Assembly (NCBI GenBank): GCA_002104905.1
Contig: MCFE01000233.1
Span: forward strand, 1 to 64,000
Direction of reading: 5' to 3'
DNA: 64,000 nucleotides
Source: Basidiobolus meristosporus CBS 931.73
Taxonomy: Eukaryota > Fungi > Basidiobolomycota
Below are positions 38,397 through 55,371 of this stretch, in pieces (positions within the stretch are counted from its first letter, which is position 1; each line of letters opens with the position of its first letter). Below the pieces are notes generated by a model. It did no database searches. It saw only the letters and a program-made list of their open reading frames with translations, and was not told the DNA's origin. Both the position numbers and the translations under genes were made by a program.

Positions 38397-41300
38397 CCCA
38401 GTGAACACCCCACACACAAAACACTTGAGAAGTGTTGGACATATCTCTCCCTTGGACCTATACACCACCACAACGCCCTGCATCAAGTCAACGTGCTTTG
38501 GGTCAACGTGTGCGCTTCAGAGCAAAACTACAAGAACTTGCCAAACTGCTCATTTAGACACAAGTTCATTGGAGCGGACCAAGTTGCGTCAACTTGCAGC
38601 ATCACATCAAACTCAGCCAAGGGCCATCTCAACACGTCAAGGCGCACCTGCGTGTGCTGTTGTGCCTGACCATCAGCGAGTTACTTCTGGTGAACTGACT
38701 GATGATGACCAACATGAAGTGCCTCAACCACTGGAGCCCTTGGCAAGTAAAAGAACGTGTCAGTGCGTGGCACTACAGGCCAATTCAGTTGGTTCAGTCG
38801 GAGCAATTCAGCGTGGCCAAGCTGTAGCATTGCACTCATCAACTAGGAGGCAAAATACTGACTACAAATACACAAGTAGCCAAGATGATAGTCAGCCAGG
38901 AAGTAGTATAGGTGTGCAAAGTGAGTCACTACCAAATGCTTCAGTAGTAATCCCTGTGAGAAAAAAACCCAGGAGAAGATGATACAATTGCTTTGAATTG
39001 CTCACATTTGTAATGATCCCAACAACCCTTTTTTTTTGCAATCCAAATTGAGCCATTGCAAATCAGTAATCATCAAATTATTGATATAAGTAATATCAAG
39101 GCCATCTCACATTTGAGACAGAACCCCTATAAATAAACACCCTGCATATATATACATCATCTGTAATACCAGTGCAGCTATTAGATCTGTTTTGCACCCA
39201 CACAATTGCTTGCGTGCTGGCTATGACACCTTGTCCAATCACTAGGATCAGGGATTTACTTGCTCAATGAGCAAAATGGGATATTTGATGGCAAATCAGG
39301 TAGCTTTTTTAGTAGTCAATCAGCCAATTGGGGGCTGCCAGCTTCAGGATACTTTTGGACCAATTAACCACTGAGATACCGTCCAATTGGAGTGAGGGTA
39401 ACCAAAATGGTAAGTATTAGTGTAGTTTATAGTGTGATACACATTTATTTCCATTTACATTAAAGAGACATATCCAAATACCGGATTTTACCTGCCATAA
39501 TGGCGGTATCCAATCGCGCATGTGATGCAAACATTACAAGTTGGCACAATCATCCATTCCAACCTCATTGTGTCAGATTGTGCCATAGTGTGCGAGATTG
39601 TCCCGCATAGTGCAAAATTGTCAAAGAACAATCCTTCCTTCTGGTAGCTATAATATTGCGCCCAATTGTTCTTTACAACCACGGATTGCGCCGCACACCC
39701 TGGCATGGTACAATGGAACAAGTGTACTATATGGCAAGCTAGCCAAGTGTGAATTCTTCAAGGAGCATGTTGAATATCTGGGACATATAGTGACTAGCAC
39801 AGGAGTGACTTTAGACCCTAAGAAGGCTGAAGTTATCAAGAACCTGAAGTAGCCCCATAGCATATCAGAACTCCAATCATTCCTTGGAATGGTTTCCTAT
39901 TATTGGAGATTTGTCACGTCCTTTGCAAGTATTGCAGCCCCTTTAACTGATATTCTCAAGAAAGATAATACCTATAAGTGGGACATAGCTTGTGAGACTG
40001 GCTTCCAGATGCTCAAGAATGAACTTGCTAAGCTACCAAGCTTAGGAATACCTGACTTCAGGAAAGAGTTTACCCTGTGTACAGATGCTTCAGATTATGC
40101 AATTGGTGGAGTGTTGAGCTAAGAACACAAGGGAAAGCACTACTCAGTTGCCTTTGAATCCAAGAAACTGAACTCAGCAGAACAAAACTATCCAGTGCAT
40201 GAGAAGGAGATGCTTGCCATAATACACTGTTTGAAGACATGAAGATGCTATATTGAAGGAGTCAAATGCACCGTGAATACTGATCATGCTCTGCTCAAGT
40301 ATATATTTACTCAGAAGGTACTCACTAGAAGAATGACACAACAGAGTGAATACATTCAGCAATTTGATTTGGAGATTGTCTACTGCCCTGGGAAAAACAA
40401 CACAGTTGCAGATGCCTTGTCAAGTTTAGAACAAGTTGCACAACTTAACTTTGTGCATGAATCAGATTGGCCTAGCCTATTACAAAAGTACTTGGAGGAG
40501 CAAGCCTTTCCTAATGAGGTGGATGAAGAGATCAAGAAGATACTCTGGGATGAAGCCAGCAAATTTGTGGTACAGGATGAAGCACTCTACCTAATTGTTG
40601 ATTGAGGCACTATTGCCTGTCCCACAAAATATGAGATATCTGGACATGTTCCAAATATAATATACATCAGACTGCCAACCATAGATTGATAAGGAAAGTC
40701 AGCGCTTTCAGATGGCACCAAGCTCTCTTGATATGGTTGAGTTTTGACCAAGTTAAGGTTTGTCTCCATTGGGGTAGCTGCCGGTTTACAGTCTTTCATT
40801 TGATACTTCTTTAGTATATCTGAATATACTTGGATTGGCTTAGGGTAATAGTCTGGGTACTTCTGTCTATAGAGAACTTAATCCCTAAGTAGTAACTGAG
40901 TTCTCCAAGATTGGGCATCTTGAACTCCTTAGATAGGCTAGATTTAGTCTCTTCCAATGTTTCTAGGTTATCGGAGGCTATAATAAGATCATCCACATAT
41001 AGAGCTAATAGAGCTGGATTTGCCCTATCTGGCTTATAGTATATACTATAGTCAGCATTACTCCTTTTGAAACTCAAAGATTCCAAATAAGAATCTATCT
41101 TGCAATTCCAGGCTCTTAGTGATTGTTTGAGACCATATAGTGACTTTTTAAGCTAGCTCGCAGACCAAATGGGTGTTATCTTGGTCAGCAAACCCATCAG
41201 GCTGGTCCATATACACATTCTCATCAAGTTTGCCATTCAAAATGCAGCTTTTACATCCATTTGATGAATAAAAAACTTATGTTTGGCTTCAATAGCCAAT

Positions 41301-43978
41301 ATTAATCTGATGGAATTAAACTTGGCCACCAGTGCAAAGGTCTCACTATAGTCAAGTCCTTTTGCTTGAGAGTATCCTTTGGCCACAAGTCTTGCTTTGT
41401 ATCTTTCAATTGTAGCATCAGCCTTGTATTTTGTCTAGAAGACCCATCTGCATTCAATTTATTTTTGGTTGATTGGCAATTTGACTAAGTCCCAAGTTTT
41501 ATTTTCCATCAGGGCCTGATATTCCTCAGTCATTGCAGATCTCCAAAACTTTGTCTGAGGGCTATTTAGGGCCTCTTTTACAGTCTAGGGTTCATCAATA
41601 TGGACTGAATAGGCACAGGCTAAGTTTGTACTCTGATTGATATAGTAATTTGGGCTATTTCTTGTCTGATTGGATCTCTGGGCATTCAATACTGGAATAG
41701 TCACTTTTAGGATATTCCTGGGCACTGATTCTGGCTGAAACACAGTTGTAGTGTCCTCTGGAGTGAAAAAACTTTCATTGTTTTTCTCTGAATCAATCCT
41801 GACAATTGGTGGAATTAAGATCAGATTTGGCATCATCCGATGTCATTTTTTGTGAAAATTTTCAATTTTCATCAAACAACACATTCCTGGGCTTAATTAG
41901 CTTCTTTGCTTTGGTATTGTAGAGTCTGTATGCTTTACTCTTATTGCAGTAGCCCAAAAATATGCATTTTACACTTTTTGGCTCAAATTTTGACTAATTT
42001 CTGGGCAGTTTCTTGGCACATGCTTTACACCCAAATATTCTTAGATGTTCTGCACTTGGTCTGTACCCATACAATGCTTCAAATGGAATAGAATCACAAA
42101 GTATGCTGTTATAACTCCTATTTTTACAATATACAGCAGTGGCAACTGATTCTGCTCAAAAGTCATAGGATAATTTTTGATCATGGATCATAGATCTTGC
42201 CATATCAATTATTGATCTGTTGGCATGTTCTGCTACTCCATTTTACTGTGGGGAGTATGGTACAGTAGTCTCTGGCTTTATCAAATAAATTTTGCAGAAG
42301 TGGATGATGCGTTTTGAGGTATATTCTCCATCATTGTCAGAGGGTATTTTCTTAATTTTTCTCCAGTTTCTCTCTCCACCATGGCTTTGAGCTCCCTGAG
42401 CTTAGACAGAGCTACTACCTTTCTCTCCATGAAGTAGACCCATCTGTATCTTATATAATCATAAATAAAAGCAATCAAATACTTCATCCCGCCTAAGGAT
42501 TAATTTTGCATAGGTCCCCACAGATCTGAGTGAATTAGATCTAATTTTTTCCTAGTTTTGATCAACCCAGAGCTCTTGAACAGTTGTCTGGCTTGTTTCC
42601 CATATATGCAGGCTTCACAGTGCTCCAAACTAGCTGGGGAATCAGTTTCTACTCCAGAAACTAGCTGATCTTTGATCATTTTGCGCAAATAATCAAAATT
42701 GATGTGCCCAAATCTCCAGTGACAAAGCATTAGTGTTTCTTCACTTAAGTTACTTATATTGGCTTCCAAATATGATGGAATATAAGTCAACTTGTATAGA
42801 TTCTGATCTCTGATACCCAAAGCAATATGAGCACCATTTTGATCAGTGATCTTGCATCCAGAATTGTCAAAGCTGAAACTGAGTCCTTCAGTTGTTGCCT
42901 TGCTTACAGATAGTAGGTTCTTGGCTATTTCTTGTACATAAAGTACTTCTTTAAAGGTCAGTGTATGGCTTCTTTCACTGCTTCTTAGGCTTACTTGGAT
43001 AGTTCCTTCTCCCACTGCATCAAGTGTTCTATTGACACCCATGAAAACCTTCTTAATTGGAGTTTCTTGATATTGGGTAAAAGTTCTTTTTGGCGTGAAA
43101 AGTGTTGAGATGCTCCAAAGTCAGTGTACCACATCTGAGAATCCTTGTTTGTGGTCATACTTAGTGCATATATGAATAGTTGATCTTCAGTTGTTGCAGC
43201 ATTTCCATATTCAGGCTTCTTTTGCTGATTATCTCTCTTTTTGAGGCACCAGTCTGATATGTGTCCTTTCCTTTTACAGTAGCTGCAAAACAGGTTGCTG
43301 TTGCCTTTGTAGGGTCTTGTGTAACTCCTTTGTTGGTTCTCACTGCTTATTAAAGCATTTTCTTCTTCCTTCTTATTGGTGCTTGATTTTCTTAATTCTT
43401 ATCCAAGAGCCTTCCATATATGAAATTTTAGGTCAGATCTTCAGTTCTGGACTCTAGGGCTGCTAGAAGGCCCTAAAACCTGTCTGTCAGGCTATTCAGG
43501 ATGGTAACTATCACATCCTCATCAGCAGTTGGTACACGCATATATTCCATCTCATCTACCAGCAGGGTAATTCTGTAAATTAGATTTATCATTTCTTCTC
43601 CTGGTTGCATCTTTGTAGTAAAGAATTTTTGTCTCAGATACATTTTCTTAGCAGCTGAACATGACTGGTACGTGTCTTCTAATGCCTTCCAGGCATTCTT
43701 TGCCATTTTTGCTCTTGAGCATTGAATTAGCAATTTGTCTTTAACATTAAGGCAAATGCAGATAAAGGCACTTTGTTCTTTCTTCTGGTGCTTTAAGGCT
43801 TCCTTTCACATGTTTTTAGGAGGGCATTCTTCTCCCAAGACAATATCCCAAAGGCCTCTTTCTTGTGGCAGCATCTTCATCTGCACCTTCCAACCTTGGT
43901 AGTTAAATCCATCCAACTTTTCAGCAGGGGGGAAATTCCAGTAATAGCAGTAGTAGACATTGCAGAGAGTGACTGCTT

Positions 43979-43991
43979 GGGGCTCATAACC
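43979..43991 (-). other. Copia primer-binding site
   Basis: GGTTATGAGCCCC directly after the LTR terminal CA, a motif typical of fungal copia elements. Confidence 0.7.
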
Positions 43992-44339
43992 TGTTGTAAG
44001 TGTCTTGGAGATATTGGAAGTGATTGGGAGGACAAGTAAATTATGTGGTTTCACTTAATGATTTATTAAATGTAAAAGTAGTGCGTATACTTTTACATGG
44101 TCTTGGCATAACAAACACATAGAATAGGTTAAGGAAGATCCCAAGAACATGTGTGCAAAGTATGAGGCTGTTTGGACAACTTTGAGAATTTTTATGTTCT
44201 GGGTACCTAGTATTTTGGTGAAAATATTCAGAGTATATCCCAACAAGGAATTTGGTCAGTATTCTCTAGGATCTGAAGGTAATGATCTAAGTGACTAAGT
44301 TAGGTGAATATTTAGGTGGAATTACAAGCTTTTACAACA
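43992..44339 (-). repeat. Copia 5' LTR
   Basis: TGTTGTAAG...TTTACAACA. Confidence 0.85.
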
Positions 44340-44399
44340 TTCTTGGCATTTTTCCAAAGGTGTTGTCTCATTGCATAATGGTTTTTGCTGGGCTCATAC

Positions 44400-47172
44400 A
44401 GGGCACTGTTGTTAGGGAAGTTGGGCTAAGAATCCATTGGTGAGCTTGCTTCTTCAGAGCTATCACTCTGCGTGCCATATTCAGAAGACTGGGGGGAGCC
44501 TAAAGGTGTCACAAACTCTCCTGAGTCAGTATGCGCAAGGTGAGAAGTATGAACAGATGCTGTTATAGAAGTATCAAGTGAGTTGCAAGATATTGTTGGT
44601 ACAGTAGTGACTGGTGACTGGTCCAATTTGACTTGTGTGGCAAAGCACTGGCTGTGATTCTAGTAATACTTCCTATGCTGCCTGTGTGCTTGATGGCTGA
44701 GAGGTTTGCTACAATAGCCAGATGGTTGTTTTTCTCTTCTATTATGGTGTTGAATCAAAGTAGTCTTGTCCATGGGGCAAGCAGTTTGACACTCAACAGT
44801 GTAACACTATTATATCACTTTTTTGTCAATACTCATGTGAGCTTAAGACAGTCTTGTATTTGAGACATTGGGCCTACATGAATATAAGATTCAATGATGA
44901 CCTGCCATAGTAAGCATCATAAATAATGCTGTGGCATCACGTACACACATATATGCAACAGCATTTCTCTTTGGGCTTTACTCACTTCCATATATATGCC
45001 GCTAAAAAATAAAGCAAACTTGTCTGGTTCTTAACCAAGCCCTACTGCTAACAGCAGCAGAAGAATGGTTGGACAACTGCTTGATTTGACACTCAGTGTA
45101 ACAAGCAGGGCTGCAACTAAAAAAGCTTTATGGACTGTATGCCCACTGAAGGAAATAATGTGGACTCCTCAGGCTCTCTGTCAAGTAGGAAACTGGGAAT
45201 CTCTGCAGAGCCACAAGCTGACCATATTCCTGAGGCACATGAGAATGTAGCAAAAGCAGTACCTTCAGCTGAAGACCAGCAAGTGGCCATCATAACATCA
45301 CCACCACCTGTATTAGCATATATGCTGTCAGCTCATGCCAAAGCACTAATCAGGCAAGTAGGTGCAGTGGCTGATAGGATAGATGGAACAACCCAGAGGA
45401 ATCAGGAAATAGTCCAGTAACAGGATGAGTGGATAAAAGGTTTAGAGCAATCAATATCCCAGGTAGAGAAAGCAGTATCTTTGCTGCAAAGAAGGAACTT
45501 AAGTAGCTCTGTGTCACAGCCAGGAATTGAGCTATTTCCTGATGTAACGGCAGAGGAACATACCAAGACCGTAAGGCCAGCATACCATGGGACCATCAGG
45601 AACTCAAGGCTCAGCATAATGCACCTGACTTGCTCCACTAGCATTATCCTGGATATGAACAAGCAAATGGATTTTGGGCCAGCATTAGTTTACTAAGAAA
45701 GTACCTTAAGAATAACAGAAATTATCAATGGCAGAAGAACAAGGATATCATGCCTAAAACCAGCAGCTTCCTCAAGAGCCTGTTACAAGCAGGGTTGAAA
45801 GCTCCAAAGAAGTGTCAAAGAGGCATCAGGTAGCTAGAAGAGTGCCAATAAGGGAAAAGCAAGCATACACAGATGCACCAGCACAACACTTACCAAGGAA
45901 AAGGCATACTTTTACTCAAGAAGCACTCAGTCAAAGTAACAGTGAAGGACCTGGCAGTGATATAAACAAGTGGCTACCACAGGAGCCCTTCACAGCATTG
46001 GCTGAGAGCATGAAACAAGTGGGAAGGAAGCATCAGGTTGCCTGCAGAGTGCCAGCAAGGGACAAGCAGGCCACTACAGATGCATCAGAGCAGCATTTAT
46101 CAAGGAGTAAGCATAGTTCAATACAAAAGGCACTCAGACAAAGCAGCAGTGAAAGATCTGGCAGTGATAAAGGAAAAGGTGAAGGGGAAGAGTCTTCCCA
46201 AGCCAGAGACAAGTAAGTGTGAGAAAAAAGCTGCAGCTCTTGACGGTTAATGCTGTAAGCCTGGAACAGACTGAATCCCCTCATAGCCAAGAAGAATTAG
46301 CAACAAGAAAACAGCTGCTTTCACAAGAGTTGGAAGCGCGGCCAGTTGAGCTACACTCCAGTGAGGTAGATGAGTTTGCAGAGAAAGGCAATTTGTATAC
46401 CACAGCCTCCACATCCTCCATTATTGACAGAGCGGAGATCCCACTGACAGACAGAATAACAATGTCAAGAACTCAAAAGGGTATCATAATTCCCTCAGTT
46501 GAATTTGGAACATAATAGGCACATCAAGAGGCTGCAGTACTTCTTCAAGAGCAGTGCTCAAGAAAATGCACTTGAATATTGCAAGGACTGATTGCAAAGA
46601 CTGGCAGATGAGGAGCTAGACCTTGCAGTGCCAGCTAAAGACCAGGATGTATGGGAACCAACAATTGAACAGTGGTGTAGAGCCATATGGTTCCTGCTAA
46701 AGTCATGAAAATGGAGTAGTACAGCAGAAATACTAATTGAGTGGTGGATTATAATAAAGTTACTTGTTGAGCGTGGGGTTGGGCTTGTTGTTAGTGTAGG
46801 GTATTGGAACTTGTAGAGGTCAGTGCAATTGGAAATTGAGTTACAACTGAAGTTTTGACAGAAATAAACCAATTTGTATGCATGAAAAATAAGAACATTG
46901 GATGAGTCAGGAAATAAGGAGTGTGGAAAAGAGGCAATAACTAATCAATGAACACAAATATAGGAGGTATTTGAGTGTCTAGGATCAGAAAGTGACAGAA
47001 TTGGCAGAGAACCAATTAAAAGCCACTTATGTATTGTGGTGATGAAAAATTATGACCAAGTTTTTTGTAATGGTCTTTGCATGGTGTCCTGATGGGATTA
47101 ATTCCTCTTAGTTGCAGTATTTAGTACTGTGACAGCCTGTTGATGGGATTGTCATAGTAATTTTTCATAGAG
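44400..47172 (+). mobile_element. CACTA-like copy: transposase N-terminal stub (-), shared intergenic region, ORF2 (+) and terminus
   Basis: 44430-45420 matches 12760-13780; ORF2 remnants 45130-46515 contain a ~69-codon internal repeat; ends TTTTTCATAGAG. Confidence 0.7.
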
Positions 47173-49158
47173 TAGGGTTCCTGCTCAGGTCAAGGACATT
47201 GGCAGGAACCCTTTGGCTTTATGCGGTACATAACCTATAGGAGTCTTGCTAGGCCTTCTATACATGTTGTACTGTTTTAGCTCTAGTGCATTCAATTAAA
47301 AGCATATATTTGACCCTGAAGTATATGAGGCTGAAGGGTCACTGTTCTTTCATCCAATACTGTAGTGCTACTTTGAATGCACCAACAGTAGAGTATTCTT
47401 CCCTCATGAAGTATGCAATGAACCTTTCTGGCAGCATCCTACTGTACCTATCATACCTAGAAGTTACACCCATCCAGCATTTCCACAGATGTAAATATTT
47501 CATTTATGGTAGTAGCAGACATTTTGAGAGCCACAGCTTGGGGCCTATATACTATTGTAAGAGCTTTCAAGACATCAGAGGTGATTGGGCAAGCAGGCAA
47601 AATTTATGGTCTGAACCTAATGATTTATTAAATATAGAAGTTGTGTAGGTACTCTAACGTAGTACTTGTAAAGCACACTTACAGCAACTAATACATCCAG
47701 TGAAGTATTGAGTGATAGCCAAACAATATGCTAGTCCCTCAGGTCACATAAATCTACTCCAAGACCCTCCTATCATTGACTTGGTAGCAGGTTCATCCCA
47801 CTGTTTATCAGTGTGAGAATGTTTGATGGTAGTTTTAGTATTATTTCATACAGTGACTTCCTAGGGCTTGTAACCCATAGAGAGAGTCTTTGAGCCTTTA
47901 AGCTGACATGGAGAGTAAGCCTACTTTTTGCTTTCACTTGGCAACTTGTGGGCTGTAGACATGGTGCCCTAGCTTTTGCAACAAAGGTTCTAAGGGCATA
48001 TGCACAAAGGCAGTGGAGTTGGACCATATGAGGAATTTAAATCTTCAGGGTATCTGCAGTTTTTCTTAAAATAATTGACTTGCTCCATAATTTTGAAGAA
48101 TTATGATGATGTCAAGTGCCTGATTATGACCAAAGTTGACCTGGATATCACTCTAAAGTATCAAACATTTATCTACTGAACTAGCACCAAGAGGTACTAT
48201 GCACAATGACACTATGGCACAAGTCAACACAGTTGGTCAATGCAATATATGATTTTGCTCAAGCACTGTTGTCATTGCAAATTCTGGTAATATGCAAAAT
48301 TAAAGACAGGTTAAATTTAAATTTCTTGCTGCTTGGAGTCAATTTATGCAGATTGACTTCAGCCCAAGTATGCTTTACTCTAAGCTAGTCATTGATATTT
48401 GCATATCAGAGTATTGTCAGATTCCAACTTCTAGATTTAAAGATCACAGATAGCTCATGCAAGTTAGGTAAGTAGTGCACCATTATTTGGAAACAGCAAA
48501 CTGGCTAATCATCCACCTTTAGGGCACAAATCAGCTTCAGGTTACTAGGACAGAGCATTGGCCATTATCTTTTAGTGGTATCCATAGATAGAGAGCTAAC
48601 TATGAGATTACTGGTGTGGTTGCTGGTGCTTTGCTGATAGTGTTCAGATTCCACCATTGCTGGCCAAATTAGAGCCTTGAGCAAAATATATGACCAAAAA
48701 CCTAAGCAAATGTTCCTACAGGTTATGTATACACATTAGCTGTGAAAGCACTGTTACTATTCATTCAAACAATCACTCCACTGTTGTATTTCCCAGGCTG
48801 CCATATGAGAGTTATTTTTGCTGAATTGGCAATCTGATCACATATATGCAAAGGCTACAAAATTGGTGTGAAGGAAACTGCACTAAACACAATATATAAT
48901 GCAAGCCCAAGCTAGCCAATCATTATTCACGCGGATCAATATATGAATGTAAAGGAATGCAGCACTTACCACCAATCTTCAATAGATTAAGGGAGCAATG
49001 GTTGACTGTTTGTAAGAAATAACGGCGATTTTCCGAACGGTAATCGGGCATGCAAAGCTGTACACTCCTGCAGATGGCCTACATTACTTGTTCAGTCGAT
49101 ACTTAATCTGCTAGGGGCTGTATGCGAGCCTCTGAACCTTGTTCTTCTCTAAGACAAT

Positions 49159-51624
49159 ATGCCTGAAGACAGCTTTGCGCACCAAAGGGAAGATACACTA
49201 TGTTTGCCGGAAAAAGAACTACACATTTCCACAGAGATCCCTGGTGACGCAAGTGTTGGCAGTGATTTTACTGATACCACACTTCAGGCATATGCACCCA
49301 ACCAAAAGAACCCAGATTTGAGTGGCACGTTCCCAGTGTATTCACCTACACAAAAGTCGAGCGAGGGGAGGATTCATAGTATTCACACCACAAAAGAAAT
49401 CTTGACAGATAAGCGCAAGTTTGGCTACGTGGGGTTGTGCTCCTTGGTGCTATCTGAACTTGAAAGCTCCCTCTTTGAAGATTCGGAATCCAGCGGGGCG
49501 AGAGGAAGCTGGGTAAACTTCTCGAATAGGCTTCTACAACGCCTCTTCAAGCATATGGAGATAGAAAAAACGGGCAAGTATCCATTTCATATTCATCCAC
49601 CATGTCATCGCTGCAGACAGTCACTAATCCCTCCCGACGACCCTCTCAGAGCAAGCAATGATATATCAGCTAAAATCGCATGAACTTCTCTCACAGGACA
49701 TGTGTAAATGTCTGGTTGACGAGGGGAGAGACCTTACGGTTGAGGCGCTGCCAAGTACGCCCGATTCCTCCACTTTCACCGAAGTTCAAAACTCAATCAT
49801 CGTAGACATTCGATGGACCGTTATTTGCGATCTGTTCCTACTCTGCATATCCGACGGCATGTATGACTCTAGGGCTCGTGTATTGCTCAAACGGGTAGCG
49901 GAGCTGTTTGAGCTGCCCTGGCCTGAGGTGGTTTACCTCGAAAAAAGCATCACGCAGCAGCTGCAACTCTATGAGGTGGCCGAGACGTTGAAGCATGACC
50001 GTGAATCATTGGAACGCAACAAGCAATTCAAAACCAAGAGACTAGTGTTGATGGGACTAGCGGTGACAGGTAGTTCTCTTCTTGCGGCTTTCAGTAGCAC
50101 AAAAGCTAAAATTCCACAGGGGGTAGTCTAGTCCTGGGCCTATCTGCTGGGCTATTGGCCCCCTTGATAGGCGCGGGATTGGGTGCGGCATTCACCGGCC
50201 TGGGGGTGGGTGGGACCACTGCATTTTTGGGAAGCACAGGCGGCATTGCCTTAATCACCACTGGTGGCGCCGTGACTGGGGCTGGTGAGTGCACACCAGG
50301 ATTTAGACTCACGTAACAACTAACCCATGACTGCCTTGATTTAGGAATGGCTGGTATGTTTCTGATTCATGTATCTCGGTTACTGTGTGGTGACTGAACT
50401 GGAGTTGGTAGGCTTTAAAATGGCAAGAAGAACCAGGGGTATTAGCGTATTCCAGTTCGTTGCACAACAAGATCACAAACGCACCAATGTGCTTATTACC
50501 ATAAGCGGATGGCTCGCCACGGACGATGATGCGACCCTTCCATTTTCGACCGTCGATGCCAACTACGGTGATCACTTCAGTCTATCCTGGGAACCAGAGG
50601 TCTTGAGAGAGCTTGGCAATGCCCTGAAGCTCATTGCCGGCGAGGTAGGGTCACACTTGTCACACAGGCCTCCAAGCCGCCGTCTAACAACGTTTTCCTT
50701 TCCTAGGTTGTTAGCTTTGCCACTCAGCAAATCTTACAGCATACTATGCTGCATGCCCTGTTGGCCGCGTTGGCGTGGCCATTAGCCCTCACCAAAATCG
50801 GATACCTGATCGATAATCCGTGGTCGATTGGGCTGGACAAAGCTCAGAAAGCTGGCCTGGTATTCAATCAACTTTGACCAACAGGTTCTCAGCAGGCGCC
50901 TATTAATCAAATTCCCATTAGGTACTGGCTGACACTTTACTTAATCACGTTCAAGGCCACCGGCCTGTGAGCCTGGTTGGGTTTTCACTGGGTGCTAGAG
51001 TAATCTTTTACTGCTTGCTGGAATTGGCTCGAGTCAATGCATACGGCATCGTGGAGGACGTCTTTCTGTTTGGAACACCCGTCACCGCCAGCACAAAACA
51101 ATGGAAGCAGTGCGCCGGCGTTGTGTCTGGAAGATTCGTGAACGGCTACGTGAAGAGTGATTGGGTTCTAGGTGAGTACACAAAGGCCAGCTGCCCCTAC
51201 ACCCCACTAACACCCCACTTTAGGGTTTTTGTATCGAGCAAGTGCTGCTGGACGCCCGATTGCTGGCCTGCGGCCCATTACCGATGTTCCCAGATTGGAC
51301 AATGTTGACCTTACGGACATGATTAATGGCCATTTTCAGTATCGGCCAAGCATGCCTCGGCTGATGAAGAAAATGGGCATCCAGGTCACCAGTGAGCAAT
51401 TTGAGGAACCAGAACAAGACGCCAAGGAGGCCCCGTCGCCGCTAAAACAGAGGCTGATAGTGGAGGATGATATGGAAAAAGTCCGGATGGAGCTGCTGGC
51501 CGTTGGGTGCGAAGTAAAGGAGATCAAAAGCACCCTGCCAAAACTTGTTGTGGAGAACGATGATACAGTGCATAATGCTAGCATGAATCTGGCATCTCCC
51601 CAGCCGGTGCGCTGGCGCCGTTGA
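49159..51624 (+). CDS. MIL1: Mil1/TMCO4-like (DUF726) alpha/beta-hydrolase-fold membrane protein, multi-exon
   Basis: YDSRARVLL; Gly-rich LSAGLLAPLIGAGLGAAFTG segment; SLVGFSLGARVIFYCL; VVSGRFVNGY; GT-AG introns; TGA at 51622-51624. Confidence 0.85.
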
Positions 51625-51829
51625 TCCTCTGCACCACATAATTAGCCAGGAAATCGATATGTACCATAAAAATGATATATGTATAACGCAGCTACTTTAT
51701 TAGTACTAAATTGGTGTTCTGACACCACACACCACTTCTAACAGCATTGGCATCCTGTTTCGGAAAACATAATATAAAATACACTAGCGGCTACAGATAG
51801 GTATAGAGAGATAAGGTCACACGCTAGTC

Positions 51830-55371
<3,542 letters not shown>

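Larger units (their letters stand above)
35245..39726 (-). mobile_element. PIF/Harbinger/ISL2EU-like transposon copy 3, best preserved (~3.5 kb without the LTR-like insert)
   Basis: TIRs TAGACTTGTTC / GAACAAGTGTA; transposase on -, divergent second ORF on +. Confidence 0.9.
34832..40605 (+). mobile_element. Family A RT-RH fragment split in two (34832-35244 and 39727-40605) by Harbinger-like copy 3
   Basis: The two parts rejoin as AACAAA-C-TATATGGCAAG (NKLYGK), colinear with ~18990-20290. Confidence 0.85.
40606..44339 (-). mobile_element. Ty1/copia element: 5' LTR, gag, protease, integrase and most of RT; 3' end lost
   Basis: gag YQGWKVQMKML..GLWDIV; CYYCKRKGHISDWC; WYTDFGASQH; HWRFGHINF..CEACIYGKQ; LYVDDLII; multiple stops. 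Confidence 0.9.

Noticed and set aside
1-48990. Classical Neurospora-type CpA RIP
   Set aside because: CA/TG remain abundant and the informative paired differences are mainly at CpG; some non-CpG transitions occur in old copies but need counting
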